Below, piece by piece: positions 41,197-52,819 of a stretch of 64,000 bases of DNA. Each line of letters begins with the position of its first letter. Within the stretch, counting starts at the first letter, position 1. Where the stretch lies: assembly GCA_963807165.1 (NCBI GenBank), contig CAWDZM010000001.1, positions 289,521 to 353,520 of the forward strand. The letters run 5' to 3'. The translations under genes and the position numbers were made by a program. Source of the stretch: an uncultured bacterium. Its GTDB lineage: Bacteria; Patescibacteriota; Minisyncoccia; UBA6257; 2-01-FULL-56-20. Below the pieces are notes generated by a model, which ran no database searches, was not told where the DNA came from, and worked only from the letters and a program-made list of their open reading frames with translations.

Positions 41197-41739
41197 TTAT
41201 TGGGTCGGCGCAGAACCGGCGCGGGAGAGGACGGTAAATGTTCCAACGTTCTGCGTGATATCCCCGGATATAACTGAAACGCTATAGGTGTGCGGCGGCG
41301 TAATTACCATGATAAATTGCGGACATGGCTCGGTCGGCTTGCAGTTTGGGCCAAGCGTCGACGGCACAGTGAACGTCAACATTTTTCCGTCCGGAGAAGA
41401 AATATCTTTCATTGAAGGCCCCACCAAACCACCGAACGTTACGGTATTTCCGGTCGCTGCAAAACCGCTTCCATGAATGGTCACCATCGTCCCAACGAGA
41501 CCGCTTGATGGAGAAAGGGAAAATCCTGTACTCGTGGAAGTGCTTATACCGGTTGAAGTTGGTGTTGTTGTCGTCGCAATGACTGGCGGAGTACTCGAAG
41601 CCGGAGCCGTAGACACGGGCGCAGGCACGGACGGTGCTTGCATATGGAAGTAATAGAACACGCCTCCGAGCACCACAATCCCGGCGGCGATCAACAATAT
41701 CATGATTACAGGAGCAAGCCCTCTACGATTGATATTCAT
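41197..41739 (-). CDS. Membrane-anchored Thr/Ser-rich protein with an IPT/TIG-like beta domain
   Basis: TM helix, T/S-rich linker, then GTMVTIHGSGFAATGNTVTFGG. Confidence 0.45.
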   Translation of the reverse strand: MNINRRGLAPVIMILLIAAGIVVLGGVFYYFHMQAPSVPAPVSTAPASSTPPVIATTTTPTSTGISTSTSTGFSLSPSSGLVGTMVTIHGSGFAATGNTVTFGGLVGPSMKDISSPDGKMLTFTVPSTLGPNCKPTEPCPQFIMVITPPHTYSVSVISGDITQNVGTFTVLSRAGSAPTQ

Positions 41740-41775
41740 ACTATATGAAAACGTTCCAGGGAGGAAAGGGTTACA

Positions 41776-43554
41776 CTACGCCGCACCATCATCCGCATTC
41801 CCACTTTGTTCTTTCCACAACGCAGAATACAAGCCGTCAGGATTTTTCAGAAGCTCATGATGATTCCCCTGCTCGATCACATTCCCTTTGCGCATCACAT
41901 AGATGCGATCCGCGCGCGCGAGCGTCGAAAGCCGGTGCGCCACCATCACGATGATCAGATTCGGACGCGAGCGCGCGATCTGATGGATCGTCTCGGTGAT
42001 GGATTTTTCGGTGATGGAATCCAAGCTTGACGTCGCCTCATCAAAGATGATCAATTCCGGATCGCGCAACAACGCACGGGCGATGGCAAGACGCTGACGC
42101 TCGCCGCCAGAGATCTTGATGCCGCCTTCGCCGATCTTCGTGTCCAGACCTCGCGCAACTTCGCCGCCCGCACCGCCGCGCTCTGCGATCCCTTCAACCG
42201 ACGCGCTCCGCAACGCGTTCCAGCAATCATCATCGGTGGCGGCCGGTCGCACAAAGACCAGGTTGTCGCGCAGAGTACCCGCAAAGAGCTGAGTGTCTTG
42301 GGAAACGTAACCGATCTTCCGGCGCATCGCATCGTAATCGACGGTATCGCTATTTACTCCGTTCAATAAAATAGTCCCCTTGGTGGGTTTATATAGCCCG
42401 ACCAATAATTTGATCAGCGTCGTCTTCCCCGAACCGGAGTATCCGGCGAATGCGACCGTCTCGCCGCTCTTGATCGTCAGGTTCATATTCTGCAACGCGG
42501 TGAGTGCGCCGCTCTGATAGCCAAATTCCACATCCTTGAACTCCACCGTCTTCAGCGACTCGATCGTCACCGGATGCTCTGGCTTTTTCTCCGAAGGAAT
42601 TGCAAGGATCTCCTCAAGCTTCTCCATACTCCCACGCGACTCCTGATATTGCGAAGCCACCGTGCCGATGTCGCCGAGCGGCGAGAAGATATAGAAGGAA
42701 TAGAACCACAGCGCAAGGAATTCTCCGAGCGAGATCTTTCCGAGGAATATCAGCCAGAGCATCACGAACAAAATAATGGAGCGCATCGCGTTCACGATCG
42801 TGCCCTGCGTGAAGCTCAATTTGCGAATAAGTGTCAACTTGGAAAGCTCCAATGACAAAACTTTGTTATTGACCTCGTTAAGCCGCTTCGTTTCCTGCTC
42901 CTCTAATCCAAGACTCTTTACCAACTCCACGTTGCGGATCGTCTCCGTCGTGGACCCCGCAAGGTTCGCCGATTCGATGACGATATTTTTCTGGATTGCT
43001 TTTATCTTCTTCCCGAGGAAAAATAATGCCGTTCCCATGATCGGGATGACCATGAAATATAAAAGCCCGATGATCCAATTAACAAAGAACGCGTAGATAA
43101 GCACGAGCGTGATACCGACGAGCGATACAAAGATCACGTCCACAAAACTGATAATGAGTTGTTGCGCATCGAGCCGCGCCTTCTGCAATTTTTGCAGCAG
43201 CTCGCCCGAGCGCTGGTCCTCGAATATCGCGTATGGCAGCGAGAACGAATGCGCGACGCTGTGCGCATAGAGCTCCGTGCCGACGCGCTGGGCAACCATG
43301 TTCTCATAATATTGCTGAAAGTTCTTTGCGGTGCGGGAAATAAGCGCGGCGGTAATGGAGATCAGCAACAACAATCCCACGCCGCGCAAAAAATCGCTGT
43401 TCGATATCGAGCCAATTTTTGCGACGTAGTTATCAATAATGAACTGGAACACCTGCGGATCCACCAGCGAGAACGCGATGTTCACCGCCGCAAAGACGAG
43501 CGTCAACGTGAGCGCTTTTTTATGCCTTTTAATATAGCTGAAAAGAAGTTGCAT
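41776..43554 (-). CDS. ABC exporter, fused permease-ATPase (MsbA/Sav1866-like)
   Basis: Six-TM N-domain and a C-terminal NBD with GYSGSGKTT, LSGGERQR and IFDEATS. Confidence 0.85.
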   Translation of the reverse strand: MQLLFSYIKRHKKALTLTLVFAAVNIAFSLVDPQVFQFIIDNYVAKIGSISNSDFLRGVGLLLLISITAALISRTAKNFQQYYENMVAQRVGTELYAHSVAHSFSLPYAIFEDQRSGELLQKLQKARLDAQQLIISFVDVIFVSLVGITLVLIYAFFVNWIIGLLYFMVIPIMGTALFFLGKKIKAIQKNIVIESANLAGSTTETIRNVELVKSLGLEEQETKRLNEVNNKVLSLELSKLTLIRKLSFTQGTIVNAMRSIILFVMLWLIFLGKISLGEFLALWFYSFYIFSPLGDIGTVASQYQESRGSMEKLEEILAIPSEKKPEHPVTIESLKTVEFKDVEFGYQSGALTALQNMNLTIKSGETVAFAGYSGSGKTTLIKLLVGLYKPTKGTILLNGVNSDTVDYDAMRRKIGYVSQDTQLFAGTLRDNLVFVRPAATDDDCWNALRSASVEGIAERGGAGGEVARGLDTKIGEGGIKISGGERQRLAIARALLRDPELIIFDEATSSLDSITEKSITETIHQIARSRPNLIIVMVAHRLSTLARADRIYVMRKGNVIEQGNHHELLKNPDGLYSALWKEQSGNADDGAA

Positions 43555-43555
43555 G

Positions 43556-45604
43556 TTATTTCTTTTTCTTCATGATCTTCGCGTCCTTCATAATCTCTTC
43601 CACCGTCTCCGCCTTCTTGTTCAGCTCGCGTATCTCATCGCGCAAAATTCCGGCAAGCTCGAAGTTCAACTCCTTCGCCGCCGCGCGCATATCTTTTTCC
43701 TTCTCCGCAATCAGGCGCTGAAGCGCAGTCTTGGAACGCGGCACCGGCATGGTTTCCAACTTCAATATCTCATCAATGTTCGGCAAGATGTCCGAGATCT
43801 TGCGCACGATCGTGCGCGGCGTAATGTTGTGCTCTTTATTATACGCAACCTGGATCGCGCGGCGGCGATCGGTCTCGCGGATGGCGCGTTCAATGGAACC
43901 AGTGATGTTGTCCGCGTACATTACCACCTCGCCCTCCACGTTACGCGCCGCCCGCCCAATGGTCTGGATGAGTGAAACTTCGCTCCGCAAAAATCCTTCT
44001 TTATCCGCATCCAAAATAGCGACGAGCGAAACCTCCGGCAAGTCGAGCCCCTCGCGGAGCAAGTTCACGCCGACGAGCACTTCTATCTTGCCACGGCGAA
44101 GATCGGTCAGGATTTTGATGCGATCCATCGTCTTCACATCGCTGTGCAAATAATTCACTTTTATTTTTTTCTCTTCAAGGTAACTCGAAAGGTCTTCCGC
44201 CATACGCTTGGTGAGCGTTGTCACAAGCACGCGCTCGTGCTTCGCCACGCGCTCCTCTATGCGCGGGATAAGATCCTCCACCTGGCCGCGCGCGGGCTTA
44301 ATCGTGATCTTTGGATCCACAAGGCCGGTCGGACGAATGATCTGCTCCACCACCTGGCCCTTCGGCGGCTGACTGACTTTGATCTCGTACGGCGACGGCG
44401 TGGCAGAAGTATAGATAACCTGACCGATGCGCTCGTCGAACTCACTAAATCGGAGCGGGCGGTTATCGATCGCGGACGGCAAACGGAAGCCGTATTCCAC
44501 GAGCGTCTTCTTTCGCGCCGCGTCGCCGTTGAACATGCCCTGCAATTGCGGCACCGTCATGTGCGATTCGTCGATGATCGTGAGAAAATCCGGCGAGCCG
44601 TCATCAAGGTGCGGGAAATAATCGAGCAGCGTTGCGGGCGGCTCGCCTGCGGCGCGGCCGGAGAGATGGCGCGAATAGTTCTCGATGCCGTGACAATAGC
44701 CCACCTCATCCATCATGGCGAGGTCGAACTTGGTGCGACGCTCCAGCCGCTCCGCCTCCAAAAACTTCTTTTCCTTTTCAAAAAGCGCGAGTTGATCTTT
44801 TAATTCTTTTTTAATACTTACCAACGCGCGCTCACGCGACGCAGGCGCGGTGATAAAGTGTTTTGCCGGCGCAAATAATATATCCGGAATGGACGGCGTC
44901 TTACCCGGCTGAAAGCCGGCGACCGGATCAATCTCATAGATCGCGCGGATGATGCCACCCGAAACCTCCAGGTTATAGATGACCTCGCGGTCCGCTGGCA
45001 TGATCTCCCAGTTCTCGCCACGCAAGCGATACGTGGCGCGCTTAAGATCCGCCGTCGTGCGGTTGAATTGCAGAGAGATCAGCTTGCGCGAGAACTCGCG
45101 GCGCTCCACCGCATCGCCCACCTTGAAGCGGATGATATTTTTTGCATATTCCTCCGGCGCGCCGAGACCGTAGATGCACGACACGGATGCCACGATGATC
45201 ACATCGCGCCGCGTGAGGAGCGCCATCGTCGCTGCGTGGCGCAACTTGTCAATCTCGTCATTGATCAACGCCTCCTTGTCTATATAGGTATCGCTCGACG
45301 GCATGTACGCCTCCGGCTGATAGTAGTCATAGTACGAAACAAAATAATTGACGGACGAATTCGGAAAGAGCTCGCGGAACTCATTGCACAGCTGTGCAGC
45401 GAGCGTCTTGTTGTGCGCGATCACGAGCGTCGGCTTGCCCATCTGCTGGATCACATTCGCCATCGTGAATGTTTTTCCGGAGCCGGTCACGCCGAGCAGA
45501 GTCTGATCGCGCAAGCCTTAGCGCAAACCCGAAACAAGCGATGCAATCGCTTTCGGCTGGTCCCCCGCGGGCTGGTTGTCTGATTCGATCTTAAAGTAGT
45601 TCAT
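43556..45604 (-). pseudogene. uvrB: Excinuclease ABC subunit B interrupted by an in-frame TAA at codon 29 (plus-strand 45518-45520)
   Basis: The upstream reading MNYFKIESDNQPAGDQPKAIASLVSGLR* matches the UvrB N-terminus (FKL..F.P.GDQP.AI..L..GL). The main ORF continues in the same frame with GLRDQTLLGVTGSGKT... through the C-terminal UvrB/C-interaction coiled coil. Confidence 0.75.
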
Positions 45605-45881
45605 AGTACTCTACGATATAAATGGCGCCCCTTGCCCGAGGGCTATAGGGGTTGCTCATCCAAACTTCTACCAGACTATTTTAATGTTTTTTTAATGGGG
45701 AGTCAAAATATAAAAACGAAAAACCGCGTTTCGGCCTCACACCGGAAAGCGGTCTTTCTTCTAACTAACAGTATCCATTCTAGCACATTTTGGACCAGGT
45801 CAAAATGGGGATAGCGGCGATATAAAAATGCCCGGATGCGCTTTCGCTTTTCCGGGCATTTGCCCAACAAGTTTGGATAGA

Positions 45882-46301
45882 TCAACGACGATCGATGTAT
45901 TCGTGGCTGATGCCCGGCAACTGACGTTCCACTTGACGAATCGCCCGGCCGACATCGACCTTCTGTTCGGAACTCCACGATCCCTCTTTTTGATCGATGG
46001 GATGCACACGAACCTGAATAAAGGCATCAGGAGAAAATTCCGCAATCTTGGCTCCAAGCACCCGCGCGAAAAGGTTACGACTTCCATTCCTGGACTTTAC
46101 AGAGAGACCCTCAACGGTGATGCTGATCACCCGGCTCCTGTTTATGCAAAATCCCGCGGCCGGAAAAAAATGAAAGATAAGATCTTTTTCCGTGAAATCC
46201 CAAGCCCTCTGAAGGCATAAAGCGGCCACACAATTGCGATAGAGCGACCGTTGTGCATTTTCGTCCATCTCCGGCAATCCAAAAATCATTACAGTTATCA
46301 T
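45882..46301 (-). CDS. Hypothetical protein
   Basis: 139-aa ORF followed by a hairpin terminator at about 45828-45870. Confidence 0.35.
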   Translation of the reverse strand: MITVMIFGLPEMDENAQRSLYRNCVAALCLQRAWDFTEKDLIFHFFPAAGFCINRSRVISITVEGLSVKSRNGSRNLFARVLGAKIAEFSPDAFIQVRVHPIDQKEGSWSSEQKVDVGRAIRQVERQLPGISHEYIDRR

Positions 46302-46374
46302 TTTCGCCTCCTACTAGAAATGTGCTACTGCCCCGATAGAATACGATTCTAAAGCGGCACTGTCAAATCATTCC

Positions 46375-47031
46375 CTACCCCAGCACCTTCGTCAGCGGGC
46401 ATAGCTCGTGCTTGTGCGGGCGCGCAACGCAGTAGGCGCGGCCGTAGTCGATGATCATATACGTGGCGGTGAACCAATCTTTGCGCGGGATGATGGCCAT
46501 CAGATCCTGCTCGATCTTTTCCGGCGTCTTCTCGCGCGTGAGGCCGAGCAGCTGCGACAGGCGCATCACGTGTGTGTCCACCGCGATCCCCTCCACCACG
46601 CCGTAGGCGTTGCCGAGGATGACATTCGCCGACTTGCGCCCGACGCCGGGCACTTTGATCATTTCCGCCATCGTGCGCGGCAGAGTGCCGCCGCACTTCT
46701 CTTTTATATACTTTGCCGCCGCCAGAATGTTCTTCGTCTTCGCGCGATAGAAGCCGCAGGCGTGGATCATATTCTCGAACTGCCGGACGCCGGCCGCGGT
46801 CTTGCCCGCCTTCACATATGCATCAAGTGTGGGATATTTTTTGAACAATGCGGGCGTCACCTGGTTCACTTTTTTGTCCGTGCACTGCGCGGAGAGCTGA
46901 ACCGCCACGAGCAGTTCCCATGAGTTGCCAAAGGTCAGCGCGATCTTTGGATGCGGAAAAAGCTTATGCAAAGTTTTAGCAATCTTTACCCAGCGCTTTT
47001 TATAATACGGAAGGTCTTTTCCTGAAATCAT
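46375..47031 (-). CDS. nth: Endonuclease III (HhH-GPD glycosylase with a 4Fe-4S cluster loop)
   Basis: HhH-GPD motif and C-terminal Cx6Cx2Cx5C (CVARPHKHELCPLTKV). Confidence 0.85.
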   Translation of the reverse strand: MISGKDLPYYKKRWVKIAKTLHKLFPHPKIALTFGNSWELLVAVQLSAQCTDKKVNQVTPALFKKYPTLDAYVKAGKTAAGVRQFENMIHACGFYRAKTKNILAAAKYIKEKCGGTLPRTMAEMIKVPGVGRKSANVILGNAYGVVEGIAVDTHVMRLSQLLGLTREKTPEKIEQDLMAIIPRKDWFTATYMIIDYGRAYCVARPHKHELCPLTKVLG

Positions 47032-47129
47032 AGATAGATGATATGGTTTATCTTTATTATAGCCGAGATAAAAAATATTGCCTAAAAGTAATTTTTATGC
47101 CATATTAAATTCAGCGAAAGGAGCGGCTT

Positions 47130-47405
47130 ATGCCAACCAAAAAACGGAAAAAGCCGGGAGTGTTGACGAAAATCGCCATTCGAGAAACCTCCAAAACCTA
47201 TTCTAAGTGCCGCCCCGATTTCTTGGGATCCCGAGAAGCCGCGCTGGATAAGATGCAGCTCGAACCTTACTCCACGACAAAAAACGAAGTCCGCAGTGAA
47301 ATCTCTCGAAATGGAGCTCACCGTAGCAATGCAGTTCAGCGGAAAAAGAGACGAATCAAGTTTATCAATGACCACCACGGGAATCTCTTCCCGCCCGCCG
47401 CCTAG
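47130..47405 (+). CDS. Hypothetical small basic protein
   Basis: 91 aa, K/R-rich. An AAAGGAG SD lies upstream. Confidence 0.35.
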   Translation: MPTKKRKKPGVLTKIAIRETSKTYSKCRPDFLGSREAALDKMQLEPYSTTKNEVRSEISRNGAHRSNAVQRKKRRIKFINDHHGNLFPPAA

Positions 47406-47427
47406 CACATGCTGGGCGGATTTTTTA

Positions 47428-47961
47428 TTAAGAGATTTCGTCGCCCGTGCGCTTCAACTTCCGCATCGTAACTTTTCCCGGAATGCTAAAGTCCACCTCA
47501 TCACAGGAGTCTATAATACCGCGAATTCCCCGGCCGCTCGTCTTTAATAATCCTTCAGGAGAAGTGGGATCGGGAATATGTTTGGAGTCGATAACTTTTT
47601 TTGCTTCATCTTCCACAACCACCACCACGTCATGATTGGAGAGCGTGATTTCCACGGTGATATTTTTATTATTCAGGGCGCTCTCCTGTGCTGCGAGAAT
47701 GCGCGCCTCATAACTTTCTTTCGATTCATCAGGCTCCCATTCTATAGCTAAATTTCCATGAATGATCGCATTCGTGATCGCTTCATCAATCGCATAATCA
47801 AATGTCCCGATCTCATCTTCGGTCCATCCGGCTTCGCTAAGACGTTTTTCTAACGCCTCTGCCGCAGCAGCGCCTTCGGTAACCCGGCTTTCGAGCGTCC
47901 AGCGATCCCCCTCATATTTATTATTCTCTCTTTCCAAGCCGCCGGAATGTTCGATGCTCAT
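47428..47961 (-). CDS. GHKL-type ATPase/serine kinase, anti-sigma factor (RsbW/SpoIIAB)-like
   Basis: N-box DEAITNAIIHGN and G-box GRGIRGI in a 177-aa protein. Confidence 0.55.
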   Translation of the reverse strand: MSIEHSGGLERENNKYEGDRWTLESRVTEGAAAAEALEKRLSEAGWTEDEIGTFDYAIDEAITNAIIHGNLAIEWEPDESKESYEARILAAQESALNNKNITVEITLSNHDVVVVVEDEAKKVIDSKHIPDPTSPEGLLKTSGRGIRGIIDSCDEVDFSIPGKVTMRKLKRTGDEIS

Positions 47962-48100
47962 GAGCGGATTGGATTATATAAAAACAGCACGCCGAGCAAA
48001 ACGACAATGATCACGCCGAGTACAATCACCAAAATCCAAGCCATTTTCATGCTTTTATTATACCAAAAGGCAGATGGTGGTGCGTAACGCCGGACAGTCC

Positions 48101-48379
48101 TTATTTCAGCGCCCCTTCGCGCCGTAGGAGCGCGATCTTTTTTGCCGCGCCCCACGCGTAGCCGCCCGGCGTGCCGTCGGAGCGGACCACCCGATGGCAT
48201 GGCACCTTTTTGGTGTCGGGATTCTTGTTCATGATGTTCCCCACCGCGCGATAGGCCTTCGGCCGTCCCGCGCGCCGCGCCACCTCCGCGTACGTCAACG
48301 TCTTCCCCCGCGGGATCTTTGCAACGACGGCGTACACTTTTTCAGCAAAAGATGTGGATCGAGGCTTTTTCATATACAC
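48101..48379 (-). CDS. ogt: Methylated-DNA-protein-cysteine methyltransferase, DNA-binding/active-site domain only
   Basis: IPRGKTLTYAEVA ... VPCHRVV, where PCHR is the active-site motif. Confidence 0.8.
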   Translation of the reverse strand: MYMKKPRSTSFAEKVYAVVAKIPRGKTLTYAEVARRAGRPKAYRAVGNIMNKNPDTKKVPCHRVVRSDGTPGGYAWGAAKKIALLRREGALK

Positions 48380-48462
48380 CCATTATAAAACAATCTCCCA
48401 GACGTTGTCTAAATATAAAAAAACGGGCCGGGAGCGTTGCTCCCAGCCCATGCTGTAGTGAT

Positions 48463-48975
48463 CTACCAAATCTGACGAAACACCGCTTCGGTCCCCTCCT
48501 CATTGACAAGATCCATATGGAACGTGTAGATAGTAAGCAAGGGCGGAGCGAGACCCCGCACTGTGTGCGAGTAGGTTTCAAGATCTCTCTCCTGAAGAGC
48601 CTTCATCGTAGAGCACTCTCCAAGAAATTGCTCTCCGTAAGCTACAAGTGCCTCTGCATACCGAGCACAACGATCGTGGGTGATGCCGATAGAGTGGGTG
48701 ATGCTGGGAAATTTCTCGAATGCGAACTTCAGATCGCCCTCGAAATGCCTGAACGTGCTAGGCAGACGGAACTGTTGGGCGGCGGGAAATGCCCCTCCGA
48801 ATTCCGACATAAACAGGCATTCGTCGAGCTCAAAACCAAGCACTCGTTGGATAAACATTTGCACCGCGCCCTGGATCTTTATATCGCGACAACAATGAAT
48901 CAGTGCGCGAGGGGAAGCAGCAGGGAGCACATGGTATGTATTAGCAGCGGTGGATATTGCAACAGCACTAGACAC
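48463..48975 (-). CDS. Hypothetical protein
   Basis: 170-aa ORF with no recognised motif. Confidence 0.35.
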   Translation of the reverse strand: MSSAVAISTAANTYHVLPAASPRALIHCCRDIKIQGAVQMFIQRVLGFELDECLFMSEFGGAFPAAQQFRLPSTFRHFEGDLKFAFEKFPSITHSIGITHDRCARYAEALVAYGEQFLGECSTMKALQERDLETYSHTVRGLAPPLLTIYTFHMDLVNEEGTEAVFRQIW

Positions 48976-49023
48976 TAGGCCTTCTCCAGGTTGGATTTTG
49001 TACTGGAAAGAAGTATACCATAA

Positions 49024-49461
49024 CTACACTATCTTGTACAATCCATCAAAATCCGCGAAGACTGCATCGATGACCAAAATATTCGGCAACTCTTTTTTTA
49101 TAAAATCGCGGGCCGCTGACAGCTGCTTCGAAAGCTCCACCTTTTCCGCATCAGCATCAGCAAAGCTCTTCGAGCCGCCAAACGCGCCGCAATCGCGATG
49201 GAGCATAAGAACGACGTGGTTCGTGCCATGCAACCGCACCGAGGTCTTGATCTGGTTCAAGACAAAATCCCGGTCAGGCGATGCTTCGCCCGCGAGCGCC
49301 TTCGCGCCGCCGGCGAGCTTCACGAGATCGATATGCGCAAAGCCTTCCTGCTTTCCAAACGCCTTTAATAATTTATAAAATCGGTCGTCGAAGCACCACA
49401 CGACACACGCATTGGCGGCATAATGTTCTTTTGACGATGCAAACTTAACGAATGGTTCCAT
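49024..49461 (-). CDS. Beta-carbonic-anhydrase-like protein (short)
   Basis: CFDDR ... HRDCGA, matching the beta-CA zinc ligand pattern CxDxR...HxxC. Confidence 0.45.
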   Translation of the reverse strand: MEPFVKFASSKEHYAANACVVWCFDDRFYKLLKAFGKQEGFAHIDLVKLAGGAKALAGEASPDRDFVLNQIKTSVRLHGTNHVVLMLHRDCGAFGGSKSFADADAEKVELSKQLSAARDFIKKELPNILVIDAVFADFDGLYKIV

Positions 49462-49485
49462 AATAAAGTATTAAAATTTTGTTAA

Positions 49486-49734
49486 TTATTTTGCTTCCTC
49501 CACTAAGATCTTCGCCTGGCTTCCCGAATCAACTTCCAAAAAACCGGACCTGACGGGGATATAGATCTCCTTTCCTTCCCTGTCCACGATCGTCATCGTC
49601 CCCTTTTCCAAAAGGGAGATGAGCGGCTCGTGATGATCAAGAATGGTGATCTCGCCGGAGCGCGTATTGCAATTTACCGACTTCGCGTCGCCCTGGAATA
49701 ATATTTTTTGCAATGAGTAAACGCCGAGCTTCAT
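49486..49734 (-). CDS. atpC: ATP synthase epsilon subunit (beta-sandwich domain only)
   Basis: 82 aa, immediately downstream of atpD. Confidence 0.75.
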   Translation of the reverse strand: MKLGVYSLQKILFQGDAKSVNCNTRSGEITILDHHEPLISLLEKGTMTIVDREGKEIYIPVRSGFLEVDSGSQAKILVEEAK

Positions 49735-49737
49735 AGA

Positions 49738-51156
<1,419 letters not shown>

Positions 51157-51552
51157 CTATGGCGCGTGCAAACGCTGTATCGCCTCAATCTTTTCTACGC
51201 GATGACCAAGAGCAACTATCGCTTCTTTATCCGCCTTTCTGCGCAAATCCCCCGCGAGGCCGTCGAATTTTTTATCTAACTTATCGAGCTTTCCATCCAC
51301 CTTGATGAGTTTTCCTTTAAGCCCAACAAGATGTTCTTCTGTTAACATTGATTTTACCTCTAGGCGCATAACTTTATCCTCGAGTTGGCTAAATCTTCCC
51401 GATAACGCATCAATACTTTCATTGGTGCCAGTCTGCCCCTCTATGATAAGATCCATTTTATCATTTAGCACCTCAGACATCATTCCATCGGAAAACGACG
51501 TCTTCTGCTTCTTTTTGTTCGATATTTTTTTATTTTCCATAACTCCAATCAT
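51157..51552 (-). CDS. Hypothetical coiled-coil protein
   Basis: 131 aa with heptad repeats. Confidence 0.4.
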   Translation of the reverse strand: MIGVMENKKISNKKKQKTSFSDGMMSEVLNDKMDLIIEGQTGTNESIDALSGRFSQLEDKVMRLEVKSMLTEEHLVGLKGKLIKVDGKLDKLDKKFDGLAGDLRRKADKEAIVALGHRVEKIEAIQRLHAP

Positions 51553-51699
51553 AGAAGTTTATTATAGCATTGCAAATAATTTTTCATAAACATTTAATGT
51601 TTTACAGAACCGCATTTCGATCATTAAAAATTGATGAAAAACTTTTTGACTAAAATTTTTCACGCACTAAAATGAGAGATTTTAAAAGTTATTCAGATC

Positions 51700-52260
51700 T
51701 TTCACGCTGGAAATAATGGCCGAACAATCCCCGTGGTATGGGATAAGACATCTCCCCGTGGCTAGTAGGGTGATTCCAAAAGCCTGACGCCGGCGGCTGA
51801 AACGCCGCCGTCTAAGCCAACGAGCAAGTGCTCGAGGCATGAGGAGAGAGTACGAGGCGCAACTCCTACACGATTAACAATTGAAGGGGTAGTACCCCGC
51901 GCATAGCTCCGGGTAAGGCCGAGGGTTCTATTCGGCTACACATACGCCCGCGTTGTGCGGAATAAAACAAGAGCGCTAGACGCGACGAGGAGACAGTAGT
52001 TTTACTACGACTCCGAGGAGCAACGACACGCTCTTGTTTTATAACCACAACCCGAAGGGATCTTAGAAAAATACCATAAGCCTGCGTTACTCCTCCTTGG
52101 AGTGATAAAATCACACCATCGTCGCCGCGCCTTGGCTTGCGGTCTTTTTCTAAGATCGCGGGCGTATGTGTAGCCGAATAGAACCCCACCCAGTCATTCC
52201 GGTTGTTTCCAGCGTGAAGGGTCGGAATAATTTTTATGATAAAAAAATGAACCTTGCTCA
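51700..52260. other. Large structured non-coding region with nested perfect inverted repeats; the segment 51924-52185 is a MITE-like or ncRNA-like element with 29-bp terminal inverted repeats
   Basis: GGTTCTATTCGGCTACACATACGCCCGCG (51924-51952) and its exact reverse complement (52157-52185) flank 204 bp that contain a further 12-bp inverted repeat (AAAACAAGAGCG/CGCTCTTGTTTT) and several GC hairpins. No convincing ORF is present; the track ORF 51866..52261 has no SD and has odd composition. Confidence 0.45.
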
Positions 52261-52296
52261 AGGGTTCTACTTTTTACACGCAAAAGCGTGTAAGCA

Positions 52297-52569
52297 TTAT
52301 GACCACCAGTCGCCTTCATTTCTGATTGGACCGGAATCGCATTCCAGGCCTCCATGTGCAACATATTGCATCAGGAGGTAGTTGGCTGCGGAGATTGGCC
52401 ACATAAAGAGACTGATGAGGATCCAGAGCGGCATCGCAACGCGCGGGCTGAATCCGTTGTTGGGATTGTAAGGTTCGCCACGACGGATTACGAACTCTCG
52501 AACCCATAGACAGGCCATAAGTAACGCCGGACCTACCCATAGGATAAAAAACCATACCCATTCCTTCAT
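52297..52569 (-). CDS. Hypothetical small membrane protein (two TM helices)
   Basis: 90 aa, W-rich and hydrophobic. Confidence 0.45.
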   Translation of the reverse strand: MKEWVWFFILWVGPALLMACLWVREFVIRRGEPYNPNNGFSPRVAMPLWILISLFMWPISAANYLLMQYVAHGGLECDSGPIRNEGDWWS

Positions 52570-52711
52570 GATTCCTCCTCGCTGACTGACAAGCGGCGTA
52601 GATATTGAACTATCGAAATGAAGCCGCTGACTGCATTATAACATATCAATATATCTTGTCAAATTCATGCGTTTTTACCGCCTCACGCATATCGCTGCAG
52701 TAGCAAAGGCC

Positions 52712-52811
52712 CTCAGGATTGTCTTTGAGGGGAATCGCGGAGGCACGGAGGTGCCGAGCGTTAGGGCGCGGCTAGTAAGCCGCGACCCGTCCCCGAAAAG
52801 ATGATCCTGAG
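52712..52811. repeat. Copy B of the structured hairpin repeat family: imperfect basal stem with a conserved core
   Basis: Core GGAATCGCGGAG-GCAC-GGAG-GTGC-CGAGCGTTAGGGCGCG-GCT-AGTA-AGC-CGCGACCCGTCCCC, flanked by CTCAGGAT...ATCCTGAG. It ends 8 nt before the atpG stop. Confidence 0.7.
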
Positions 52812-52819
52812 AGCTTTTG

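Noticed and set aside
45610-45880. Possible tRNA or ncRNA in the 270-bp uvrB upstream spacer
   Set aside because: Only ordinary hairpin terminators (for example AAATGCCCGGA...TCCGGGCATTT) and A/T-rich promoter-like sequence are present. No cloverleaf was found.
47958-48200. 80-aa ORF overlapping the 3' end of ogt
   Set aside because: Most of it overlaps ogt in another frame. At most a roughly 30-aa hydrophobic peptide (MKMAWILVIVLG...) could be real, which is too short to support.
51700-52260. Possible RNase P RNA, tmRNA, 6S or SRP RNA in the atpG-atpD insert
   Set aside because: I searched by eye for P4/CR-I (AGGAAAGTCCGG), GGUGAAA, the tmRNA tRNA-like end and the SRP domain IV motif, and found none. 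It is left as an unclassified structured region.
51866-52261. 131-aa minus-strand ORF inside the structured non-coding region
   Set aside because: It spans the 29-bp inverted repeats and hairpins, has no SD, and its sequence looks like a translated palindrome. It is more likely non-coding.
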